This document shows, in pieces, positions 1 through 11,758 of a stretch of 64,000 nt of DNA. The notes under the pieces are model-generated. The model did no database searches. It was not told where the DNA came from and saw only the letters and a program-made list of their open reading frames with translations. The number at the start of each line of letters is the position of its first letter. The stretch's first letter is position 1. The position numbers and the translations under genes are program-made. The stretch spans positions 224,001 to 288,000 of the forward strand of contig CAXBMO010000006.1 in NCBI GenBank assembly GCA_963977015.1, written 5' to 3'. The DNA comes from an uncultured bacterium. GTDB taxonomy: Bacteria > Verrucomicrobiota > Verrucomicrobiia > Verrucomicrobiales > DEV007.

Positions 1-1
1 G

Positions 2-838
2 CTTACGGAATTTGTCCTGTTTCTCAACAGCGGTCCTCTCACCAGTGCCTTTGGCGTCACGGTTTTGATCCTTGCGCTCGGTTATCTCTTTTTCTCCCGG
101 ATTGTCGACCCCGTCATTTCAAGTCTGCGTGGAGGGTTGGATATTGCCCTCGATGTTGTGAATTATCTCCGCCCGGTCCCACGGGATGGGACCTTCCGTG
201 CCCGAATCCTCAGCCGATTCGCGTCGCTGCTCAAATACGTCGTGGATTGGCGCGACCCGCAGAATCCGGAGGTGCGCTACTCCCGGATTGTGATCCTCGC
301 CCACAGTCAGGGCACCGTGATTTCCTCTGACATTCTGCGCGCCCTTTCCAAGGGCAGTGTGGCACAAGACAACGGTTTGGAAGTGCTTCGTCGTGATCCG
401 GATTCAAACGACTGGATTCCGATTCGTCTTTACACCATGGGCAGTCCTCTGCGCCAGCTCTACGCGGCGCGTTTTCCGGATCTTTTCGCGTGGAACAGTT
501 CCGAAGATCCCCGGACTCATCATCGCGGTCTGGAAGCCTGGTGGAATGCGTATCGCAGCGGAGACTATGTCGGGCGGATGCTCTTTCGTGATCTCAAGGA
601 CCCGGATGCGTTCGTTCCGGAACGCGATTTCATCATGTCGCAGAACGGAAGGAACATTCCGGTTCGCGAAACCTGCATTGGTCCCGGAGCCCACACCCAT
701 TACTGGGACGAAACGGCACCGTCCGTCATCCGCGGGCTCGATTACCTGATCGCCTGCGATGATGCCGAGGATCTTGGGAAACCTCGGGAATCGATGGGGA
801 CGGACTCTAAAGATGGCGATGATGCCATCGTTCCCTAG
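2..838 (+). CDS. Alpha/beta-hydrolase-fold membrane-associated protein, 3' part (starts upstream of window)
   Basis: Frame open from base 2; nucleophile elbow AHSQG, YTMGSPL, WWNAYRSGDYVG and C-terminal GAHTHYW; hydrophobic segment at the N-terminal edge. Confidence 0.7.
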   Translation, partial: LTEFVLFLNSGPLTSAFGVTVLILALGYLFFSRIVDPVISSLRGGLDIALDVVNYLRPVPRDGTFRARILSRFASLLKYVVDWRDPQNPEVRYSRIVILAHSQGTVISSDILRALSKGSVAQDNGLEVLRRDPDSNDWIPIRLYTMGSPLRQLYAARFPDLFAWNSSEDPRTHHRGLEAWWNAYRSGDYVGRMLFRDLKDPDAFVPERDFIMSQNGRNIPVRETCIGPGAHTHYWDETAPSVIRGLDYLIACDDAEDLGKPRESMGTDSKDGDDAIVP

Positions 839-842
839 GGGG

Positions 843-1235
843 CTAGGGATTCTTCTTGTAGTGGGCGCGAATTTCTTCCAACCCATCGTGTTCCGTGAGA
901 GGCAGGGTGGGGCGTCGAACGTTCGAGACTTTGAGCAGCCGCTGAGAGACTCCTTCGACCGCGCCCAGGATTTGATCCCGGGGAATTTCAGGCAGGCGTT
1001 CTTGAAGGTGGTCGGCGATGAGTTTTTCGATGGTTTCCTTGTCCTTGAGAGGATCGAGAAAGCGATCTTCCGCGTTTTGCGCTGATGCTTCGGACATGGC
1101 GCGAAGTTCGGCCAGGCTGGAGGGGTTCACTGCGCAGATCTTGTCCATCATGGTGCCGCAATTGAGTGATCCGGAGGCAGCGGACCATTCATTCAAAATC
1201 CTCTTGCGAGAGGCCGGTTGGAATCCGGTGAACAA
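843..1235 (-). CDS. Hypothetical protein (start may be the ATG near 1151)
   Basis: Helical, charged ORF filling the gap between the hydrolase and furA; no motif recognised. Confidence 0.45.
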   Translation of the reverse strand: MFTGFQPASRKRILNEWSAASGSLNCGTMMDKICAVNPSSLAELRAMSEASAQNAEDRFLDPLKDKETIEKLIADHLQERLPEIPRDQILGAVEGVSQRLLKVSNVRRPTLPLTEHDGLEEIRAHYKKNP

Positions 1236-1254
1236 TCGATCAATGTATCTATTC

Positions 1255-1289
1255 TAGTTCTTGACTCTGTCCAAAACTGGATTCATTCT
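1255..1289 (+). promoter_or_regulatory. furA promoter / probable FurA operator
   Basis: TTGACT (1261-1266)-17 nt-CATTCT (1284-1289), 8 nt before the ATG at 1298; resembles the mycobacterial furA autoregulatory region as I recall it. Confidence 0.55.
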
Positions 1290-1297
1290 TTGGGAGA

Positions 1298-4149
<2,852 letters not shown>

Positions 4150-4177
4150 TTGACCCTGATCAACAGATCGAATTTGA

Positions 4178-4214
4178 CCAAAGCTGCCTGGAGATATCTC
4201 CGGGCAGCTTTTGG
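4178..4214. terminator. Bidirectional intrinsic terminator
   Basis: AAAGCTGCCTGGAGAT/ATCTCCGGGCAGCTTTT hairpin between convergent genes. Confidence 0.75.
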
Positions 4215-4301
4215 TTTGGTCGGCCATCCGGTTGAGATTGACGGTTGAACCGAATGGCTCAGGGTCCTCATGGCCCATGGAAGGACGGGCCTTCAGGCTT
4301 C

Positions 4302-5342
4302 CTATTCTTTGGGATAAGGCCGCAGGCCGAGAAGGATCTCGGCTCTTTCCGTAAGAGGTTGGTTCACAAGTGACGGGTCCGTAAATTCGGCGAGCTGGCT
4401 GACAACGAGGTCATAGACGGCCTGGCGACTCTGGCTCGTGTCGATCTCCACACATTGGTTCTCGCTTCGAAAGTATTCAACCGTGGGCAGGGTTTCGTCC
4501 TTGAAGGTGTCGAACCGCAGTTTTACGCTTTCGACATTGTCGTCAGCCCTTCCCGTGTATTTGGCGCGGGCGAGAATCCGCTTTTCGAGAACGGGGTAGG
4601 GACACTCGAAGTAGATCATTTTGGGGAGCTCAGTCTCAGAGCCGAAAATCTCACGCCAACCCTCCAAATTGTCCAAGGAGCGGGGAAATCCATCCAGGAG
4701 AAAATTCCGTTTCCCGGTCGTTCGTGTCACCCGCTCCATCGTGTCTTTGAGCAACGTTACGGTAATTTCGTTGGGAACCAGTTTTCCGGCTTTGACAAAC
4801 TCGGCGATGGTCGCCGCGTTGGGACCGCCCGTTTCCCGTTCGGCCCGGAGGAGATCTCCGGTGGAGAGATGAGTCCATCCGAGTTGAGATTCGGCAAGCT
4901 CGCACATCGTTCCTTTTCCGGCACCAGGGCCTCCGAGAACGAAGACCACGTTTGGCTTGGGACAGGGCTCCCTTGGGTCGGTGTGATGAAGGACAACCTT
5001 GGGAGCCGGCGCGACTCCCTTCTTGTAAACCTGCCAATCCTTGTCCGTCGGTGGCATTGCATCTTCGCAGGTGATCTCGTAGGCGAGATGGCCGTCCAGC
5101 CGACAGATGCGCCAGGAATGGTAGCTGTTGGAATAGGAGAGCGCTGGACTTCGCTCGGATTTCCCGTCGGCTCGATCCCACGCCATCTTTCCGTTCCAAT
5201 AGCCAGGGCTGGAAATGGTTCCCGATTCTGATTTCGCGGGAGGCGCGGTTGAAGGAACGAACAGGCCATCCACTTCGGGAAGACCAGATCCTGACACTTC
5301 AATAAAAAACGTATTTGGCGGGAGTTTGTTGGGTTCGAGCAT
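4302..5342 (-). CDS. UMP-CMP kinase / short-LID adenylate kinase family with extra N-terminal domain
   Basis: VVFVLGGPGAGKGT P-loop, HLSTGDLLRAE, LVPNEIT, FLLDGFPRS, GRADDNVES; ~125-aa N-terminal extension. Confidence 0.88.
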   Translation of the reverse strand: MLEPNKLPPNTFFIEVSGSGLPEVDGLFVPSTAPPAKSESGTISSPGYWNGKMAWDRADGKSERSPALSYSNSYHSWRICRLDGHLAYEITCEDAMPPTDKDWQVYKKGVAPAPKVVLHHTDPREPCPKPNVVFVLGGPGAGKGTMCELAESQLGWTHLSTGDLLRAERETGGPNAATIAEFVKAGKLVPNEITVTLLKDTMERVTRTTGKRNFLLDGFPRSLDNLEGWREIFGSETELPKMIYFECPYPVLEKRILARAKYTGRADDNVESVKLRFDTFKDETLPTVEYFRSENQCVEIDTSQSRQAVYDLVVSQLAEFTDPSLVNQPLTERAEILLGLRPYPKE

Positions 5343-5512
5343 GATGGTTGGCTGGGACAATTGGACAGGGAAAGGAGAGAGGCCACCTTTTTTGCGGGTT
5401 GCGTCTTCACGTCTGCCCGATTCTCGAACATTCATCATCGCTCCGTAAGGTTTCCAGCCTAGGAGTGGGTCATTCAGATGTTCGTAAATATCTTCAACAA
5501 CCCCATCCTACC

Positions 5513-6595
5513 TTGAAAACCATTCCCCAATTTCTTCCTGTCGTTCTCACGTTGGCGGCTTCAACGCTGGTTCTTAATGCAAACGAGAAAAACAGTCCCG
5601 GTGAACGAATGTTCAAGGAATGGGACAAGAATGGGGACGGCGTTCTGGAGAAAAACGAAGTGCCACCTGGGCCGCGCAAGATTTTCGAGAAGAAAGACGC
5701 AAACGGAGATGGGAAGATCAGCATGGCTGAGCATCTTGGTAGGGAAGGCAAGCCTGCGATGCGCCCGGATAGACCTGGTGACGGGAATTCTGACGCTGCG
5801 TTCTCCATCGGGCAAACCTGGGACCAGGAGCCGCAGGGGTTTGACCGGCCGGTTTATGTGAGCGAGCCAGGTTCGAAACGTGGCCGTGTTCCCGTTGTGA
5901 TCTTCTTCCACGGAGCCGGAGGCAATGCCGGTGGCCAGATTAAAAACTGGGCCCAACTCTTTCCCGATCGCCTCGTGGTGGCTCCCCAGGGCTACCGCAA
6001 GGGCTGGAATATCCAGGGCGAAGATACCAACGCTCCTGACATCGAGTTCTTTAAGGCGGTGATCGCAGAACTGGAGAAACGCTATGACTACGCAGACATG
6101 GACAACGTTTCCCTGATTGGATCTTCCAATGGTGCCGCCTACATCTATCGCATCATGATCGAAGTCGGGGAAGATCTCTTCAGGAATGCCGTCCCGATGG
6201 TGTCATCCTTGTTGGAGGTACAATATAATAGTGACACCTTCTGGATGCCATCCGGCGATACCGATCACTATGATACCGAGGCCGATCCCGTGGGCGGACG
6301 CAGGATACTCTATCTTCATGGGACTGAAGACCGGGTGGTTCCCTTTGACGGAGGGTTGCGAGGACGGTTCGAACATCTCTCTGCGCTGGAAACCGCGTTG
6401 ATCTGGGCGCGGGAGCAGGGATACGCCGGCGAAGACATCGACCGCAACGACGGCAAAGACCTTGGAGACGGCCTGACGCTTTACGAATACGCCGGCTCAA
6501 ACGTCACGTTTGTCGCGGTTGAGGAAAGTGGGCACGGCCTGCAACCGCATCGTGACGCGGCAATGGATTACATTCAGAAGTTCCTGAATCAATAG
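5513..6595 (+). CDS. Secreted EF-hand plus esterase (PHB depolymerase/LpqC-like)
   Basis: Signal peptide; DKNGDGVLEKNE and DANGDGKISMAE EF-hands; FFHGAGG, GSSNG, HGTEDRVVP, SGH. Confidence 0.8.
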   Translation: MKTIPQFLPVVLTLAASTLVLNANEKNSPGERMFKEWDKNGDGVLEKNEVPPGPRKIFEKKDANGDGKISMAEHLGREGKPAMRPDRPGDGNSDAAFSIGQTWDQEPQGFDRPVYVSEPGSKRGRVPVVIFFHGAGGNAGGQIKNWAQLFPDRLVVAPQGYRKGWNIQGEDTNAPDIEFFKAVIAELEKRYDYADMDNVSLIGSSNGAAYIYRIMIEVGEDLFRNAVPMVSSLLEVQYNSDTFWMPSGDTDHYDTEADPVGGRRILYLHGTEDRVVPFDGGLRGRFEHLSALETALIWAREQGYAGEDIDRNDGKDLGDGLTLYEYAGSNVTFVAVEESGHGLQPHRDAAMDYIQKFLNQ

Positions 6596-6795
6596 TCGGC
6601 GCCTGTGAGGCTCTGCAGAACAGAGGTTTGCCACGCGCCCAGCTTTTGCCCCAATTCTTCCGCGATGGCAGGTTTCTGCTCAATGAGATTCATCGTTTCA
6701 GCGGGATCGGTTTGGAGATCGAAGAGTTCGCTGGCGAGCGCGCCTTTCCTCTGATCGTGGATGACCAGCTTCATTCCGCCGTCGATCATCGTCAT
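6589..6795 (-). pseudogene. Sulfatase C-terminal remnant
   Basis: KLVIH...ELFDLQTDPAETMNL is the typical sulfatase tail; an in-frame stop lies shortly upstream and no catalytic domain is present. Confidence 0.7.
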
Positions 6796-6921
6796 TCTGC
6801 GATGGGCGTTTGTGTCGGAACTTGAAAGGCATTTCGGGAACTCGAATCAAGAACCGAAGACCTGGAAACGCGGCAACCGTTCGGTTGTTCACAATTTATT
6901 CACGCTTTTTTGACAGGAGGG

Positions 6922-6950
6922 TTGACTTTGCGAGCGCCAGTCGATAGACC
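6922..6950 (+). promoter_or_regulatory. Candidate sigma70 promoter
   Basis: TTGACT-17 nt-TAGACC, followed by a GGAGG RBS before the ATG at 6986. Confidence 0.4.
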
Positions 6951-6985
6951 GATCTTCGAGACTTTGCTGAAACCTAGGGAGGCAC

Positions 6986-9900
6986 ATGCGCTACGTTTAT
7001 CATTCATCATTTTTGGGCAACCTTATCCTGATCGGGATTTTTGCCGCGTTTTTGGGCGGGATTGCTAGTGAATCGTTCGGCCAGGCAAAAGGGAAAACGA
7101 CCCCGAGTTGGAAGCGGAAAAAGGAGCGCAACCAGCCGAGCGCAGTCGTTGAGCGGGTGGATTCTCAAACCCAGCCTGCCTCCTACCTGAGTGCCGAAGA
7201 GTGGAACGTTATTCGCGAGCATCGTCTTCAAAAAGCACGCGAAGATGAGCTCAAGAGATTCGATGAGGAGGAGCGAAAAGCACTGGAGTCCTACCGCAGC
7301 AAACTCCGCAGCGCAGAAATCGAAACTGACATCAAGGGCAAGATTCCTCGCTGGGAAGACCGGGTTGACGATGCCGCCCGCCAGATTGACAAGTGGGGCT
7401 ATGCCTCAGCTACCGGATTGATTTTGGTGGAGGACACTCCGGCTGGTCGCGTAGGATTCGTCAACAACCGGACCTTTGCGGAGAACTTCAATGAAGCGGG
7501 CCGCACCCAGGGAACCGTGGCCAACTCCATTCAGCAGTCGTTCCAAACCGGCCTTGAGGGGGCTTACGGTTCCGACCAGATGGCCGAGTCGAAGAACCGC
7601 ACCAAGTTATTGGACGACGATATCGAACGAGAAGAAAAAGCTCGCCGTGCTGCCAACAAACGGGAATTGGAGCAGCAACAACAGGAACTGGAAAGGGAGA
7701 TTCTCCGGCAGAAGCTGGAAGTGGAGGAAAGCAAGTTCGATCTCAGGCGTGACGCCCTCTACAATCAACTCCAATACCTGGATGGCCGGATTGGACAAAA
7801 ACGGGCCGAGCTGGGACAAGCGCAGGATGAAATCAAGAGACTGGACCGCCAGATTGAGGATCAGACTGCAGTCAAGGAACTGAATGAGCAATTGGATGGT
7901 CCTGAAAACGAGGCCGCGGTCACCAAGGCAACCCTAGAAATCGCCAGATTGGGCAGGCAGAAGACGATTGCCGAAAATATTCGGGACGACGCTGTTGATG
8001 CTCTGGAGGGAACTCTGAGCCCTGCATCGAAAGGGCTTCTCAACCAGCGGGAAGAGGCTGTCAACTCACTAACGGGAGCTCAAGGATCGAGCTCGATCAA
8101 GAAATTGGCGGACGGGGCCGCTGCAGAGATTCCGAGGGGAAGCATCGTTACGGTCGGTCAAAACGGTGAGGTCAAAATTGACACCGAACCGGAACGGAGC
8201 ACCGAAGGTGGCGGACAGAGTAGCGGCGCAACCGCGATCTCTGACCCGACGTTTGGCAAACTCGACCTCCATCACGACGACAACCTGAAGAATCTCCGGG
8301 ACAGCCCGGTTGCGGAACGGTTTCGCGGTCGTGGTGACTTGGTTGATGATTTCGACCGGGCCAACAACGGACTTTCCGTTGACGACCGCCAGACGACCGC
8401 CAGACGATTGCCGCATCGACGAGCGTGGCGGGGCGGCTCCTGGAAATGATGGCGCACCCCACGGGGATGCCGGACAATTCCCGTGCGTTTCTGGGGATTA
8501 CCCAAGTCAGTGTTTCACCGGGATGGAAGACTAATAAGGACTATGTGGCCGAAGTGACGGTGTCGGTGAGTTACGGAACCACATCGCGGAGCGCGGCGAA
8601 GATGAAGGAGATCATCCGGTATCTCGACTATTACGATGAGTTCTATGATTTAGCCAATCTCGCTCAGAAGAATCTAATGAACGGGGAGGTGCTTGACGAC
8701 GAGTCCAAGCAACTGATCTGTGAATACGAGAATAAGCTCGAAATTCTTGATAGAGCCCTCCGGTCTCTCCCGGATGAGTACTATGAGATCTACGAAGCGA
8801 TGGGCGAAAATACCCCAATCGCTGAGTTCGCCAAACTGTTCGATGAAATCGAACTAAGAGACAAGATCGATCGCGTTCAGGGAGCATTGCCGCACGAATA
8901 CGAGGTTCCTCCATTGATCTATTCCGCCTTTCCCTTGGCCAAATCCCAGGTTCTCGACCAGTCGCACAGCTTCCGGGGCATGAAGGAAATGGCCTGGACG
9001 CTTCAGATGCAGGCCATTCAGGCGGGCAACAAAGCCGCGGCGAAGAGTTACGGACGGTTTCTCAAAATGGTCGAACAAGACGTCGCCACGAAAAACGCGC
9101 TTCCGGTAGTCGTTCCAAGTTCAAACGGAAACTTTATCAGCTACCGGTTCGATCCTTCCCTTCACGCTCTTGAGAATCCCAGCGACCGGGAAAGCGGATC
9201 GGCCAAACTTCTCAATGCCATCAGTATTCCCGCTCTTGTCGTCATTGTCTGTCATGAGAATGATCTGGACAAATTCAAGACGGTTCGTCTCCACTCCTCG
9301 ACTCGTTGGATTCCGACCAATGAGAAAGTTCTCCGCGTCATCCCCCGGCCCTTCCGGCGCGCTCAGGCGGAACGCACCATCGGCAATGTCTTTCAACTCG
9401 ATCAAGTTCGTGGAGAACTCTTCGACATCCAACACGAAATTATGGATGAGCTGGGGCGTAAACAGCAATATCGAATCATCCATTCCTATCAGGGGACCTA
9501 CGGGACGCTCCTGAGCCGCGTAAAAGAGTTGTCGCAAAAAGTAGGCACCTCCGTCCTTGATGTGCCACTTCCCGATCAAGCACGATCCAGTGTCCGAATT
9601 AGCCCGGGCTATCTCCCCGTGGCTCAGTTGGATAAAGACAACTTCTTCACCGTTTCCGGGAAGGACCTTGGCAGCTATCGTTCTGGCGTGAAAGGATTTC
9701 TGGGAGGTCAGGAACTTGTGTTGATAGAGGTAGAGACCATCGATACGCTTCTCTTCAAGCTCCCTGCGAGAAGTGTGGAATCCGGGCAGGCGCCCCTCCA
9801 GCCAGGCGTCTATGATTTTGTATTGATCACCGAAAAAGGAGTTCGCAAGGCGCCTGCCTCGGTCAGCATAGGGGTGCGCGTTCCCGGGACACACGCAAGT

Positions 9901-10632
9901 GCCTTGGATGTCGCAAGCGCGGGTGGCACGATTATGTTTAAGGGAGTCGACAAATATGTCTTGGCGAGAACCAGAGCGGAAGTCGCCGGTTACGCTGCTC
10001 GGGAAAAAGCGTTTGGTGATAAAATTAAGGAATTGGACGGGGAAATTACCGCTCTGGACGATGGGGACGACAATCACCCCGGCATCACCGCGCTTCAGAA
10101 AAAGGTCGATGAAAACAAGGCGACCGATGATGAGAAGCGGAAACTCGCAAGCCTGATGGCGACCAAGAAAAAGCTCGAATCAACCAGAAAAACTCAGGAG
10201 GAGAAACTGGACATCGTGGTGAAGGACAAGTCTCTTTACCATGAGGACGAGTCTGTCGCCTACGAAGAATTCAAGATCGCGAGGGTTGGCAACTGGAACG
10301 GGCGAACGGAAGTGAAGCTTGCCATCACACCCAATTCCTCCAATGGCCCGTCCCTGGCTTCAAGCAGTGGTGATACCAACGCCAATTTCAAGATCGTCCA
10401 CAAGGTTGATCCTGCCGATACTTCGAAAGACGTCTACCTGAGAGCGGGGTCGAACACCCTGACCTTCGAAAACGATCAACAAGTACCGAAAGTCATTCTG
10501 ATTGAATGCCAAAAGCGGCAGAAAGAATCGATGTCGGTCAGGCTTCAATTGGTGAAGGAAGAAGGAACTGCCCGGGTAGATGGCAGGTCGGTCGAATTCA
10601 CCGTTCCCAAGGATGAGTTGGCGGAAGACTAA
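6986..10632 (+). pseudogene. Large secreted coiled-coil protein (~1211 aa) frameshifted by an 11-bp tandem duplication (ORFs 6986-8449 and 8425-10632)
   Basis: GACGACCGCCA occurs twice at 8381-8402; removing one copy joins both ORFs in frame (SVDDRQTIAASTSVAGRLLEMM). Signal peptide, coiled coils, IPT/Ig-like beta segments. Confidence 0.8.
8381..8407 (+). repeat. 11-bp tandem repeat (2.5 copies)
   Basis: GACGACCGCCA GACGACCGCCA GACGA. Confidence 0.95.
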
Positions 10633-10650
10633 TCGACACACCCTGATTCG

Positions 10651-11127
10651 GTGAACTCAAAAAGGCACAACCTAACAGACAACCTGATATTGGGTTTCGC
10701 CGTTCTGCAGCTGTGTGCGATCGGAATGTTGGGATGCAAATCAATGCCGGAAGTTGTGGCGATGGATTCGCAGGCTCACCCTCAACCGCCATTGTTTCTC
10801 GTTGAACATGAGGTAGGTCCATCCGACACGCTGTGGAATCTGGTAAGGCGATACAATCCCGATCTTTCAGAGGGTGAGGAACTGACCGCAAGGGTGAAAA
10901 AATTGCGAGCCCTCAATCGAATTGGGGGTGATTTGGTCTACCCCGGTCAAACGGTGGTGGTGCCCTCCAGTATGAACTTGGTAAGGGCGCCGACTTCCGG
11001 AAGCGGAGGCGATTCCGGTGAAAAGATCAACGAGGGAACGCGTCAGCTTCAAAACCTCACCGGTCAGGCATCGACTGAAATTCGGCATGCCAAGGCCTCA
11101 GAATTTGGTCAACTTTCTGGCGATTAA
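10651..11127 (+). CDS. LysM-domain lipoprotein
   Basis: Lipobox-like MLGC; HEVGPSDTLWNLVRRY...LNRIGGDLVYPGQTVVVP. Confidence 0.8.
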   Translation: MNSKRHNLTDNLILGFAVLQLCAIGMLGCKSMPEVVAMDSQAHPQPPLFLVEHEVGPSDTLWNLVRRYNPDLSEGEELTARVKKLRALNRIGGDLVYPGQTVVVPSSMNLVRAPTSGSGGDSGEKINEGTRQLQNLTGQASTEIRHAKASEFGQLSGD

Positions 11128-11188
11128 GCTTTTGATCAACCACTTCATCCTTTAATACTTTCTCTATCACTATCACGCAGGATAGGCA

Positions 11189-11620
11189 GTGTCAGGAACC
11201 CAATCGAACTTGGCGAGCCCTGCGTCAACACCAACCGATATTGCAATGACCAAAGGCCAGCTAATGGAAAAATTGATGAAAAAGCTTAGGCTCGGGAAGA
11301 AGTCAACACCCGATCCGCCCCAGTCTGAGACAACGCCTTCACCTGATCCTTCTGCAACGCAGACAGAAAACCAGGGAACAACACACGACACTGCGATGCC
11401 TTCCGGCACCGCATCGTCAGTCCAGCCCGAAGTTGCCTCGGGGCCACCCGTTGGCAGTCCGGTGGCCGGAGGTGCATCCACGATGGGAAGCGAATCCGGG
11501 GGAGCAGTCGCACCAGAACCGCCATCACCGGACGCAAGTGCCGGTCAAATCGGCGGAACGTCGGGCGAGCAAAAACCGGACCAAGCGAAGAAACAGGAAG
11601 AGTTGCCTCCAGACACCTAG
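11189..11620 (+). CDS. Low-complexity Pro/Ser/Thr-rich hypothetical protein
   Basis: Co-oriented ORF after the LysM gene; disordered composition; start may be the ATG near 11246. Confidence 0.45.
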   Translation: MSGTQSNLASPASTPTDIAMTKGQLMEKLMKKLRLGKKSTPDPPQSETTPSPDPSATQTENQGTTHDTAMPSGTASSVQPEVASGPPVGSPVAGGASTMGSESGGAVAPEPPSPDASAGQIGGTSGEQKPDQAKKQEELPPDT

Positions 11621-11758
11621 GGGATCGAATTCGGATCCAGCTTTTCAGGAGTTCCTCTCATTGCTGACCGCGATCCGCCGCTCATCCTGCGGGTCAGCCC
11701 CTGACCGTTTCGCAAAAGTCACTTGCATTCACAGGAAGAACGGACGCTAGGATGCGGG

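Noticed and set aside
4178-4214. katG hairpin as a copy of the RAYT REP
   Set aside because: Shares a GGAGAT.TCTCC core but lacks the TGTA foot and doublet arrangement; U-tract fits a terminator
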